A stretch of DNA of 64,000 bases from Neocallimastix sp. 'constans' (taxonomy: Eukaryota), in the NCBI GenBank assembly GCA_050613775.1, contig JBODTK010000127.1, positions 124,001 through 188,000 on the forward strand, in the 5' to 3' direction. The notes under the pieces are model-generated. The model was not told the origin of the DNA. It ran no database searches and worked only from the letters and a program-made list of their open reading frames with translations. Made by a program: the position numbers and the translations under genes. Positions 13,861 through 27,460 of the stretch are shown one piece after another. Position 1 is the first letter of the stretch. Each line of letters starts with the position of its first letter.

Positions 13861-14050
13861 TAAAAATAAAAATAAAAATAAAAATAAAAATAAAAATAAA
13901 AATAAAAATAAAAATAAAAATAAAAATAAAAATAAAAATAAAAATAAAAATAAAAATAAAAATAAAAATAAAAATAAAAATAAAAATAAAAATAAAAATA
14001 AAAATAAAAATAAAAATAAAAATAAAAATAAAAATAAAAATAAAAATAAA
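13830..14050. repeat. (TAAAAA)n hexamer microsatellite
   Basis: Directly visible; explains the (FI)n ORF 13790-14125. Confidence 0.95.
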
Positions 14051-14474
14051 AAAAATAAAATGAAAAAAAAAAAATATATATATATATATATAAACCACGA
14101 AATATATATATATATATATAAACAATATAAAATTTACATATAATTTATAAATAGATTAATAACATATTATAACATATATTTATTTAATATATTTAAACTT
14201 ATATATATATTAATGATAGATAAATTATGAAATATGTAATTAAAGAATATTATGAATAATGTAAATATTAATATCTTCTTTCTGATTTTTGATTATCATC
14301 ATTATCATGACTTCTTTTTCTTGACCATCTTTCATTATTTTGATTACTACTTATCGAACATTTATCCTATAATAGTTGAATATCAATTTTTTTTAAATCA
14401 ATAAATTAATAAATTAATAAATTAATAAATCAATAAATCAAGTAAGTAATAAGTAATAGGTAATAAGTAATAAA

Positions 14475-14510
<36 letters not shown>

Positions 14511-15041
14511 TGTTAATAGAATAGAAAATTTATAACATGTGATTTATACATTAGTATAGATTTATGTATTCATGTATAAAATAATCTATAAAATAAATTT
14601 TTGTAATGATGACTCTTTTAAAAATAAATAAAATATAAAATAAATAAATAAAATAAATAAATTATATTAAACTTTATTATCTCTCGAGTTACTACCGGAG
14701 AAGTCGGTTAACAGATTAAGAGTCTCAGACAAATCTTGAGAGAATAATATTATTAATTAATACAAAATGAACAAAGAAAAATCATTAATTATTCTAAAAG
14801 GAACATCTAATTACATATTGTGGTTTGATTCAATAACCACAGAATTTCAAAAGGAACAAGTCTCCGAATACGCCAAGGAAAATAAAATTAAAGACATAGA
14901 CGTGGATGATCCGAAGAAAAAAGAAGGCCTAGAACACTTGATGAAAAATGCTACAGCCAGGTCTTTGATACTTCATTCTATTACTCCGGAAATCCACAAA
15001 AAGGTTGCTGGGATATTATCAGCAAAAGATATAATGGATAA
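14511..15041 (+). mobile_element. Copia-1 relic: 5' LTR 14511-14713, PBS 14714-14728, truncated gag from 14767
   Basis: TGTTAA...TTAACA termini, PBS shared with the other two Copia elements, gag-like LKGTSNYILW...ARSLILHSI...SAKDIMDKL, cut off where the Copia-2 LTR sequence begins. Confidence 0.8.
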
Positions 15042-18000
15042 ATTATTTATGTTAATATCATTCTTTTATGTAAATAATTTATTTCTTATTTTTATGTAAA
15101 TCACGAAATCATTTGATTAAATTTAGTATATATATTTCACCTGATTATTTTTATTTTAATCTCAGACTTGTTTATATTAAATATATTAATAAATAAATAA
15201 AATTAAATATATACATAACAATAGATTAAGAGTCTCAGCTCTGGAAAGGAAAGAGATTAATACTAATTAATATTTTAAATAATGAATGATAATAATAGTA
15301 ATTATTCATTAAAAGAAAATAATGTCCGCCTGACAGGGGACAATTTTGAAGTATGGTACACAATAATCTATGATGCACTATACATTAATAAGTTAAATAT
15401 TTACATTGATAAAGATGTACTTAAAGAATTAGAAGAAAAAAATTCTAATTCAGATGAATTAGAAAATGAGAAAATAGAATATAAGAAGGCAAGGCTTTTT
15501 ATTTTAAATTCTATAGGCTCTGACATTATAAAGGATGTCATAAAATTAGAATCCGCGTATTCTATAATAAAGTACCTTAAAGGAGAATACGGAGAAAGTG
15601 AAACGGATATGCTTTATTGGGCTAAAAAGATAGCTGATTTAAAAGCAAAAACCATAAATGATATTCCAAAAATATTAACAAAGTTAGATAATATTTTTGA
15701 AAATATGAAAAAATCAAAGTTTCCCATTTCAGATAAGGAAAAATCAAAATATGCTTACAATACATTTCCTCCTGGATTTAGGAGCAAATTTGAATTCAAT
15801 GTTAACGAAACCTACAAACAACTATGTGAAAGAATAAAATATAATATAACCATGAAATCTTATGCTGGCGAATGGGACAATAATAATGAAGATACTAACT
15901 CAAACAGATCCGATGACCCAATGGAAATTGATGCACTCCACAAAAGATATAAAAGATTTACAAAAACGGATAATAATAATAATAATAAATACAATGAAAA
16001 TAAATACAAAAATGATAAACCAATGAATCATAAAAACGACAATAAAAATTATAATATAAATAATCATAAAGAAAAATTTTGTTTAATTTGTGAAAAACAT
16101 GGTCACACTTTAAAGGAATGCTGGTACAATTTAAAAAATCCAAATAAAAAAAATAATGGTAAATCTAATAATGGAAAATTTATGAGATATATTAATGATA
16201 TTCAATTGAGTAACGAATATAACAATGGATTTAATTATCATGAATTACATGATAATTTAGAAAAACCTAATGACGACACAAAATCAATAAACCTTATCAA
16301 TAAAATTAATAATCCATCCATTACTAATGAAAATTTGATGTTAAAACACAAAAACACACGTATTCTTAACCAGTTAAATACAATAAAATATTTATTAAAT
16401 ACCAATAATTATAATAAAGACGAATGGTTATATGATAGTGGTGCCGGTGAACATATAACTAATAATAAAAGTATATTACAAAATTTTATAAATAAAAAAA
16501 TAATTCTAAGTTGTGCTAACGGAACCAAATGTACTTTTGATGGCTATGGAGAAACAATTTTAAATATAAATAATTACAAAATAAAATTAAATCGCGTTCT
16601 GTACTCAAAAGATGTAACTAAAAATATGATTAGTGGTATAGAATTAGCAAAAATTCAAATAAAAGATATTATAGAAGAAATAAATAACAATGTTATTCTA
16701 AAAATGCTAGATAAAAATTATAAAACAATCGCATCATTTCAAGCTAATAAAAGAAATGAAATAAATATCACTGATGTTCAAAATAAAAAAAATGAAATAA
16801 GTAATAATAGAAATAATATTATGGCTATGCAAAATTTTAATAATTACCAAGAGCTTCTTTGGCATAGAAGAATTGGTCATTATTATAATGAGGATATGCA
16901 AAAGTATTTACAAGAACATGGTATAAATAATAATAATTGTTGTGATGAATGTAAAATAACAAAAAATGAAAAGAAAATCACACAATAGAATTACTCCCAA
17001 AGCTTCTTATATCCTCGAAGTAATACATTCTGATATTATTGGGCCAATAAATAAATTTTTTACTGGAAAAAGATTTATTTTAACTTTTACTGATGAGTTT
17101 AGTAGAAAAAGTTGGATATTCCTACTAAAAAGTAAATCTGAAGCCATAGATACTATTATTGAAGTTTTTAAATTCTTAAATAATAATAATAATAACTATA
17201 AAATTAAATTTTTCAAATCAGATCAAGGACGTGAATTTGATAACAAGAAAATTAAAAATTTCTATAAAGAAAACGGTATTTTAAAGGTATTTTCTCCTCC
17301 TTACAACCCTGAAAATAATGGAATTGCAGAGAGATTTAATCAAACTCTAATCTCCTGCACAAAAACAATATTATATTGGAGTGAATTAAGCGAAAATTTT
17401 TGGGATTTTGCTGTTACTTATGCTAACTATGTTTACAACAAAGTACCACATAGAAGCATTAATAATAGAATCCCTGATGAAATATTTTTCAATAAAAAAT
17501 CAAATATTAAATATTTACGTGTATTTGGATGCATTAGTTATTACAAAATTTTTGATCAAAATAAATCTAAATTTTCACCAAATTCTCGTAAAGGAATTTT
17601 TTTGGGATTTAGTGAACTATCGAATTGTTATATTATAATGGATTATGAAAATTACAAAATACATAAAGTTAGAGAAATTCACTGCTTGGAAGATACTCCA
17701 GCCAACCTAAAATTATTTAATGATAATAAAAATCAATATGGGGATCCAAATTTCTTCCAATTCTATTTTAATTTTACCAATCTTATTGGTTATAATCCTA
17801 ATAATTTAACCATAAATAATAATAAAAATAATAATCAAAATAATTCAAATGAGGAAATTTTCTATGACATTCCTGACAATGGTAGTGATTATCCGTCATC
17901 TATTTCCTCACCAGATTTCAATCAAAACAATCAAAATAAGACACCATCTAATAGTTCTTTCGGATATAAACAAAATATTGAAAAAACGAATAAATTTGAT

Positions 18001-20621
18001 AGTCAAAACATAGAGAAATCACAAAATATAAATACAACTGAAAATTTTCAAAATTTAAAAAATGATGAAATTATTCAAAATAAAAATTTTTCAAATAATA
18101 AAAATTTTTCAAATAATAAAAATTTTTCAAATTCTGAAGAAAATATAAACAAAACTTTATTATATAAAGAAAATGACAAAAATTTAATTGCCAATAAAAA
18201 TCAAACTTTAATTAATAATGAAAATATTAAAAATTTAAATGAAAAATTTAATGAAACCTTAAATAATAATAAATTCGATGAAGTCGAATATATTAAATAA
18301 TAATAAAGTAAATAATATTGATGAATATTCTAACATATATTATCAAAATAATAATACTCAATTAACTGATACAATTAATAATACAAATTCTATATCATTA
18401 AGTAATAATAATATATTACAAAACAATAATAATAATATGCACAGTAATAAAAATAATAAAAGTAAAACGTTAAAAGAAATTATTTACTCCAAATTTAAAC
18501 AAAAAGTCCACTTTTAGAAGTAATATTAAAAATTTAATTATTGAAAATAACAATGTTCCCAATCAATCACATAAATTTAATTATTGGACCTATAGAATGA
18601 ATTTACCAAATTTATCAAAAAACAATAATTTAAAAATTTTAAATAAAAATAACTTAATTAAAAATAACTATGATGAAGGAGCATCATCAAATAATAAAAA
18701 TAATAATTTTATTAATCATAATTTAAATTCAAATATTTTAAAAAGAAAAGAAAATCCAATATTTTATATAAAATTTAAAAAATATCGTAGAACAGATTTT
18801 AACAACAAAATTATTGCTTCAATTCAAAACATGGTACCAAGCAATTATATTCAAGCAATCAATTGCAAAGACCATTTATTATGGGAACTTACATGGATGA
18901 TGAATTGTGCAACTTTTATGATAATAATATAATGATATTTGTTAAACATGTCCCAAAAGGCAAAAGAATTTTACCTTTAATTTGGATATACACAAATAAA
19001 ATTAATAGTGCTGGTGTTGTTATTAAACACAAAGCACGTATTGTTGCACAAGGATTCCGACAATTATTTGGTGTGGACTTCTTTCAGACCTTTGCCCCTA
19101 CTCTTAATATCGATGGTCTAAAATTGATTATTGCCATTGCTTCAAAATTCAAATGACATATTTTCCAACTTGATATTAAAGCTGCCTACCTTAATGCTAA
19201 AATTGACACAGATATTTATACAACTATTCCTCCTGGAGATGCTAACTTTGGGAAGAGATACTGGAAACTTAGAAAGGCACTTTACGGATTAAAACAGTCA
19301 GGATGCCAATGGTATCTGACAATATCTGAATTTTTAATAGAACAAGGTTTTATTCAATTATCGTCTGAAAAATGCATATTTAAAAAGACCGTTAATGGAA
19401 AATTAGTCTGTATAATTGGATTATACGTTGATGATATGGCTATCGCTGGATTAGTTAAAGAAATCAATAACATTATAAATAAAATTAAACAAAAATTCAA
19501 AATTTCAAAATGCGAACCAATTAATTATATATTAGGAATTAAAATTGAAAAGAACAATTTCAATTATTCAATTTCTCAAAAACATTTTATTAACACCATT
19601 TTAAATAAATTCAATATTAATAATATGAAAAAGTTACAACTCCATGCGTTGGTGATAATATTATTTCTGAGAATAATGATCCATATGATAAAACAACATA
19701 TAAAAGCGCTATTGGTATGCTAATATGCTTATCCAAAGCAACCAGACCGGACATCTCTTTTGCCGTACACAAAGCCGCTAGAAATTCGGAAAATCCTACA
19801 ATAACCGATTGGAGAAAAGTAGAAAACATCTTGAAATATTTAAACAGCACTATAGATTACAAGATAACTTATGATGGTCAAGGAAACATAGTTGGTTATA
19901 CTGATTCGGATTTTGCAGGAGACATTAAAGACAGAAAATCGACTTCTGGACATATTACTCTTTTAGGAAATAATCCAATTTCTTGGATGTCTAAAAACAA
20001 TCTATAGTTGCTACCTCAACCGCTGAAGCAGAATATATTAGTGCTTCACAATGCATCAAGAAATTATTATGGATCAAGAATATTCTTTTTGAATTAATAG
20101 GATTTAATAGACCAATAACTATTTTTATTGATAATAATTCATGTAAAATTTCTATGGAAAATGGTGATTTAAATCCTAAATTAAAACATATATCAATTAA
20201 ATATCACTTTAATGTAGACAACATTAAGAAGAAAATAGTTGAATTAAAACACATTGAAAGCTCTGAAAACTTAGCAGATATTTTAACAAAAGTCACTAAT
20301 GGAAACAAAATAAAATATTTTGCAAATATAATTTTTAATAATTAAAAATTACATTTGAGGGGGAGTGTTATAATATTAATAAATTTTAATATATTAATTT
20401 ATATTTTACTTCTTATATAATTATTATTTTATGTATGATTAACATTATTTATGTTAATATCATTCTTTTATGTAAATTATTTATTTCATATTTTATGTAA
20501 ATCACGAAATCATTTGATTAAATTTAGTATATATATTTCACCTGATTATTTTTATTTTAATCTCAGACTTGTTTATATTAAATATATTAATAAATAAATA
20601 AAATTAAATATATACATAACA
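15042..20621 (+). mobile_element. Copia-2 LTR retrotransposon, degenerate; 5' LTR 15042-15220 (5'-truncated), 3' LTR 20366-20621
   Basis: Near-identical direct repeats 15042-15220 and ~20445-20621; PBS 15224-15238; PPT GAGGGGGAG 20357-20365; 3' LTR TGTTAT...ATAACA. Confidence 0.93.
15282..20345 (+). pseudogene. Copia-2 gag-pol (gag, PR, IN, RT, RNase H), several frameshifts and stops
   Basis: CLICEKHGHTLKEC knuckle, WLYDSGAGEH protease, WHRRIGH/IHSDIIGP/SDQGREF integrase, KARIVAQGF and LYVDD RT, YTDSDFAG and ADILTK RNase H, in Copia order. Confidence 0.93.
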
Positions 20622-20624
20622 ATA

Positions 20625-21638
20625 ATTTTATTAAAAAAAATTCTTTTATTAATCTCTTTATTATAAAAATTCTTATTATTAGTTATTAACTGCAAAATAG
20701 TTAATAACAACTACATTTTTTTAATAGAATAATTTTACATGTATTTATATTTTTTCTTAATTATATTATAATATACTATTTCTATATATTTAAACATATA
20801 TTCAATATAAAAAAAACAAAAACTAATCTAAAATTAAATAAAGTTATAAAAAACTAAAACTAATTCGATAAGCTTTTTATTCAATTTGTTTTGACTCAAA
20901 TTGAATAAGTTCTTATTTATTATTTATTTATTATTCTTTTATTATTAATACTATTAATTATATATTACTATTTAATTTTTATTATTATTAAACTAAACTA
21001 AAATTAAACTAAAATAAAATTATTAAAATATTTTATTACTAAAATTTAAGTTATTTAAAAATTAATCTTATATTTTTAAATTTATATATTATAAAAAATA
21101 TAAATTTATTATTAAAACATAGACTGCACATACTGGGTACCCATCTCCCAATATGGCCATACAGTTATTAATTAACTGTAAGGTGATGAGTTATTGGCAT
21201 ACTGTATCAGCTTCGCCGCTCTCAATCGTCGTTACACACTGCCCGGAGATGCATTCCTAACGTTCCTACATATATCTCTAATGACCACGAGCATCAGAAC
21301 GGAATCATTAACTCCTCCCTAGTGGGTGTAATCATTGGCGATTGGAAATATTACAACCATCAAGGTCTATGCTTAAATTCAAAGCGTAGTATCAGGGTTG
21401 GGTGAAATAATCATTTGAGGGAAAGCCTTATGAATATCACGTGTGGTCTCATGATATCCCAGGATAGAAACCTCATCCGATTATTTGGTGCCATGCCGAG
21501 GATTCGAACCCCGCCCTCTACAGTAACCTGTATCGTCCTAACCGACTGGACCAACATGGCATAAATTTATTATTAATTGTTATAAAATTACACTTTATTT
21601 ATTTATTATTAAAAAGTTCCGTATATTAAAATATTACA
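20625..21638 (-). mobile_element. Diverged LTR fragment related to the solo LTRs at 21647 and 29362, interrupted by SINE copy 1
   Basis: GTTATTAACTG.AAAATAGTTAATAAC and TACATGTATTTATATTTTTTCTT shared with 29485-29560; ends ...ATTACA at 21638. Confidence 0.5.
21116..21561 (-). mobile_element. tRNA-headed SINE, copy 1
   Basis: 76-nt tRNA-like head 21561-21486 (A box TGGTCCAGTCGG, B box GGTTCGAATCC, ends CCA), GC-rich body, short poly-T tail, 15-bp TSD TAAATTTATTATTAA (21101-21115 and 21562-21576); near-identical copy at 55066-55517. Confidence 0.9.
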
Positions 21639-21646
21639 TTGTTGAT

Positions 21647-22247
21647 TGTAAAGGTTTAATAAATCTTTAATACATTAAATAGCTTAATTTTTCGTACAAT
21701 TAATTTATTTAATGTATATGAATTATTTTTTAATATAAATTTTATTAATTATTTTTTAAATTGAAAATATTTTTTAATTAGTTTAGTTAACTTAGTTTAG
21801 TTTTAAATAGTTAAATATTAATTTAGGAATAATCTTAAATAGTTAATATTTATAAAAATAGTTTTTCAATATTAAACATATAAATAAAATTATTATAAGT
21901 ATTAAAATAATAAATTAAATAAAGAGTTTAAAAAATTAATTTTAGTTTTAGTAAATTAATAAATAATAAAAATTATTAATTAAAAAATCTTTTGTTTATA
22001 AATAAATAGTTTTATATATATTATTAAATAACATCATATATTAATAGTGTAATAAGAAAAAATATAAATACATGTAATTTTTCTCAATTAAATCGATTTA
22101 TTAGTTATTATCTATTTTACAGTTAATAACATAAAAGAAATTTATAATTAATAAAAAGAATTTAATAATAAAAGAATTTACTTTTTTGTTTAAATTGTAA
22201 AGTGTTTTTTATTGTTATAATCTGTTTTAATTGACGGATTCATTACA
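21647..22247 (+). mobile_element. Solo LTR
   Basis: TGTAA...TTACA termini, GTTGAT on both flanks, inverted homolog at 29362-29983. Confidence 0.85.
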
Positions 22248-24062
22248 GTTGATTATTTATAACATACATTTTATAATAATTTTACATACATTTATTTTTT
22301 ATTTTGCTTCCTCAAAATTAATAACTTTATAATTATATCAGTAAAGTCGACCAGGTCTCTGTCCAATTATGAATGGTGACGGTCGAGTAAACTAATCTTA
22401 TAAATGGCTTATTAATTTTGAAGAATTATTTTTTTCTGGTTATTAGAAGGAGTTTTTTCACTTGTTTTAGTCTGTATTAGTAGATACAATGTTCATTTAA
22501 ACCCTGAATTGTGGCCCTCGATTACAGTCCAATTATTGATTCCAAAATGGTAGCTCTGAATAAAACTCTTGACCGGCGGTAGACCAAAAAAAAATCTTCA
22601 GCTTGCGGATTCTGTTATTGCAACGTATTTTGTAAAATAAAAGGTAATTGTTATTGTAAAAGAAAATACTAAAATAGATTACAATAACAAAAGAATACAA
22701 TAAAATTTTATTTAAAAAAATATTTTTTTTATTAAAAATATATTTTATTAATATTTAATAGTTGTTTGTTTAATAACAATTACATAGAGAAAAAATGTGA
22801 AAAGTATCTTCTATTTATACTTTTCCTAAATACATTGATAATATATTATTTTATTTAAATTACATATATTTTAATATAAAACTATCCTAATGAATTTTAT
22901 TAAATAATAAATTTATAAACTATAACTAAATTTAGAAAAATATAATTATTAATTAAACTAAATACTAAATAATTAAAATTAAGTACATTTATTATCTATT
23001 TATTATTTTAATATTATAAGTAAAGTCTATTTATTTTCGATTTAAAAACAATGTTAAAGGAGTCATGATTAAATTTTGAAACTTAATTTTCACAAAATAA
23101 ATTATTAATTTATTTTGTTTTAAACTTTAATTAATTCATTTAAGTTATTTTACAACAATAATTTTCTCAGAATTAAATTTTATAAAAATTATTACAGGGA
23201 GTGTGCATTTCGAAAATTTTTATTACATAAATTTGTATTTTGTTGTATGGCTTAAATATTTTTAAATTTAAGCCACTTAATTTTATTAAAAATTTAATGA
23301 ATAATAATTAATTAATTAAATAAATAAAATTACAATTCTCAAAAATTTTCAAACACGTAATCTTACGTGGGGCGTAGATATAATTGTAACATAATTTTGT
23401 GGCTTTTTTCTACAATTTTTAAAAAGCCATATATTCACAATATGGCGTGAATAATGTGAATAATGTGGTGATATTTTATGACAAAAATTAATAAGCCACC
23501 AAGAATTTGGCGAAATTCAACTGGACGAAATTCAACTTTTGGCGAAATACAACATTTCAATAAATAATAATTAGGTTAGGTATTTCTATTTAACATTGAA
23601 AAATAAAATAAAAAATAAATAAAAATTTTATATTTTAATGCTTAAAAAATAAAATAAAAATAAGAAATAAGAAAACTTTTTTTTTAAACATTGAAAAATA
23701 AAATAAAAATAAATAAACATTTTATTTTTTAATGCTTAAAAAATAAAATAAAAAAAAATAAGAAATAAGAAAACTTCTTTTTTAAACATTAAAAAATAAA
23801 ATAAAAATAAATAAAAATTTATTTTTTAAGCATTAAAAAATAAAAAAAATAAAATAAAATAAAAAATAAAAAATAAAAATAAAAATAAATAAAATAGTAA
23901 ATAAAGAAATAATAAATAATTAATAATTAAATAATTATTTAAATAATTATATAATTAATTAAAAAAAGGTTTATTATTTTAAATATTAAAAAAAAAAAAA
24001 AAGTTTCAAAGCATTTAAAAGTATATTTATTAAAATATTTTATTGAAAAATTTTAATTATTA

Positions 24063-25495
24063 ATGGAAGACAATATAAAAATTGAAATAAGTGAAACAAA
24101 TCGAGGAAATGAACAAATTATTATTAATAAAAAACACAAATTCAATTTTTCATTTCAAAGGAAAGATAAATCAAAAATTTATAGATGCACTGAATATAAG
24201 ACTTTAAATAAATGTAAATCTTTAATTATTTTAAATGATAAAAAGGAGGTTTTAAAATATGAAAGTTTACATAACCATCTCGAGAAATTGATGTGTCTAC
24301 ATCAGTAGCAAAGCGTAAAATTAAGGAAGAAATTAAGAAAAATTCAATTCCTATGGATATAAAACCTAAACATATATTTAATGCCGTTTCTCAAGAAATG
24401 GGACTTATATGTCCCGAATATAGTACAATTAGATCCCAAATAATAAGAAATATAAATAAACAATTTCCTCTAAACATAAAAAGTTTTGATGATATTTCCA
24501 TTGAATCAGAATATTATAAAACGAAAAGAAATGAAAATTTTATGATATTTAAAAATACTGATCTAATAATCTTTCAATCACCATTCCAAGCATATTTATT
24601 TTCGAATTATCATAAAAATATATTTGCGGACGGTACATTTTATGCAGCACCGAAATTTAGTTATCAGTTATTTATAACAAAAACTTATGTTGGGGAATTT
24701 AATATGTTTTACACTACTTCCATTTCTATATTAAAAAATAAAAAACAATCTACATATGAAACATTATTTAAAGAAATAAAAAAAATGCAAATAAATTTAG
24801 GAGTAATACATTAATTACTACAATTAATTTTCATTGTGATTTTGAACAAGGTATATCTAATGCCACAAAAAAGTTTTTCCAAATATAAATATTAAATATT
24901 GTGTTTGGCATTACAAAAGATCATTAGAAAAACAAAAAAATATATTATGTTATCATGAAGTGAAGAATAATAATGATGTATATATATTTATTATAAAGCT
25001 ATTTCGAACTTACCGTTTATAAACCCTAACTATATATTTGATATTTATATTATAATAAAAAGAATTTGTCAAAAAAAAAAGTATAATAATTTTCTGCAAT
25101 TTTTAGAATATTTTAATAAAAATTATTTACTTAAGTATAATGTTAATAATTGGAATTATTATGAAAATATAGAGCATTTAACAAACAATGCATCAGAATC
25201 TTATAATAGCTACTTAAATAATATATTTCCAAATAAACCTTTATTTTATAAATTAATATATATATTAAAAGAAGAAGAAAACTTATCTTATAATGATTAT
25301 CAAAGGAGAACTAAAGGAAATTGGAAAAAAAAGCAAAAAATATTTAGTGCAACTTATGAAATTAAAATTTTAATTGAAAATTACAAAAGTAAGGAAATAA
25401 ATTTATTTTATAATGGATGTAACAGAAATGAATTAATTAAGTTATGGAAAGAATGTTTAATTGATTTAAACGATATAAATATTAATTTAAAATAA
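24063..25495 (+). pseudogene. MULE transposase (FLYWCH-like zinc finger plus DDE), frameshifted
   Basis: YRC...C...HNH finger; IFADGTFY; HCDFE (~24832); CVWHY (~24899); TNNASESYN (~25180); several homopolymer frameshifts. Confidence 0.88.
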
Positions 25496-26239
25496 ATAAT
25501 CTTAATTTAAAAAAATGTTAGAAAAATAAAAATTTATTTATTTTAAATTTATATTTATAATCGTTTAAATAATAATTAAATAATCTTAATTTAAAAAAAT
25601 GCTAGAAAAATACAAATTTATTTACCTATCGTGTTTATTTAATAATCTTAATAGAAATTATCTTTTAGTTATTTTTATTAAGTAATTTATAACTAAAACC
25701 GATTTATTTGATACTAGTTAAAATTTTATTAATATCAATATCAATATTATATAATTATAAATTTTATTAATATCAATATCAATATTATATTATTATAAAT
25801 TTTATTAATATCAATATACTTTTCAAAATTAATTATGTTATTAAAAATATTAAATTCAATAAAAGATTTTTATTATTTTATTAAAATTATAATTGTTATT
25901 ATTATATTTTAATAATAATTGATTCATATTGATCAAACATTATAAATATTACTATGCAAATAATTAATTATTTTAATAGGATCAATTATTCAACTCTTAT
26001 TGTTTTAATTTTTAATTCTTATATCATTTAAATTAATATATATATATATCGTTTATGAAAATATGAATTATAAATAATTAAAATTATTTACTTTTCATTT
26101 AAATTTTTTTTTACTATAATAATATATAATAATTAAAAGACAAACGTTATTATAACTAAATTTTTTTTTTTTTTAGAAAAATAAATGAAAAAAAATTAAA
26201 ATATATAAGATTCCTATATATATAAAATAATTATTATAT

Positions 26240-27460
26240 TTTATTTTATTTTATTTAATTTTATTTTATTTTATTTTATTTTATTTTACTTTATTTTATT
26301 TTATTTTATTTTATTTTATTTTATTCAATCTGTACTTTCTTATTTAATATTCTACTTTTTATTTTATTTTATTTTATTTTATTTTATTTTATTTTATTTT
26401 ATTTTATTTTATTTTATTTTATTTTATTTTATTTTATTTTATTTTATTTTATTTTATTTTATTTTATTTTATTTTATTCAATCTGTACTTATATTTAATA
26501 TTCTACTTTTTATTTTATTTTATTTTATTTTATTTTATTTTATTTTATTTTATTTTATTTTATTCAATCTGTACTTATATTTAATATTCTACTTTTTATT
26601 TTATTTTATTTTATTTTATTCAATCTGTACTTATATTTAATATTCTACTTTTTATTTTATTTTATTTTATTTTATTCAATCTGTACTTTCTTATTTAATA
26701 TTCTACTTTTTATTTTATTTTATTTTATTTTATATAATCTGTACTTTCTTATTTAATATTCTACTTTTTATTTTATTTTATATATTCTGTACTTTCTTAT
26801 TTAATATTCTACTTTTTATTTTATTTTATATATTCTGTACTTTCTTATTTAATATTCTACTTTTTATTTTATTTTATTTTATTTTATATAATCTGTACTT
26901 TCTTATTTAATATTCTACTTTTTATTTTATTTTATATATTCTGTACTTTCTTATTTAATATTCTACTTTTTATTTTATTTTATTTTATTTTATATAATCT
27001 GTACTTTCTTATTTAATATTCTACTTTTTATTTTATTTTATTATATTTTATTTTATTTTATTTTATTTTATTTTATTTTATTTTATTTTATTTTATTTTA
27101 TTTTATTTTATTTTATTTTATTTTATTCAATCTGTACTTTCTTATTTAATATTCTACTTTTTATTTTATTTTATTTTATTCAATCTGTACTTTCTTATTT
27201 AATATTCTACTTTTTATTTTATTTTATTTTATTTTATTTTATTTTATTTTATTCAATCTGTACTTTCTTATTTAATATTCTACTTTTTATTTTATTTTAT
27301 TTTATTTTATTTTATTTTATTCAATCTGTACTTTCTTATTTAATATTCTACTTTTTATTTTATTTTATTTTATTCAATCTGTACTTATATTTATGTTTCT
27401 ACTATTCATTTTATTTTATTTTATTTCATTTTATTTTATTTTATTCAATCTGTATTTTCT
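26240..27460. repeat. Compound minisatellite: ~17 copies of CAATCTGTACTTTCTTATTTAATATTCTACTTTT separated by variable (ATTTT)n
   Basis: Directly visible inside the MULE. Confidence 0.92.

Noticed and set aside
6760..14050. (TAAAAA)n tracts as termini or telomere-like ends of a D5 element
   Set aside because: Same orientation, and similar A/T-rich microsatellites occur throughout the window.
21486..21561. Functional tRNA gene (also 55442-55517)
   Set aside because: 4-nt anticodon loop, encoded CCA, and part of a TSD-flanked 450-bp repeat.
26240..27460. CRISPR array
   Set aside because: Spacers are (ATTTT)n rather than unique sequences; eukaryotic context, no cas genes, located inside a MULE.
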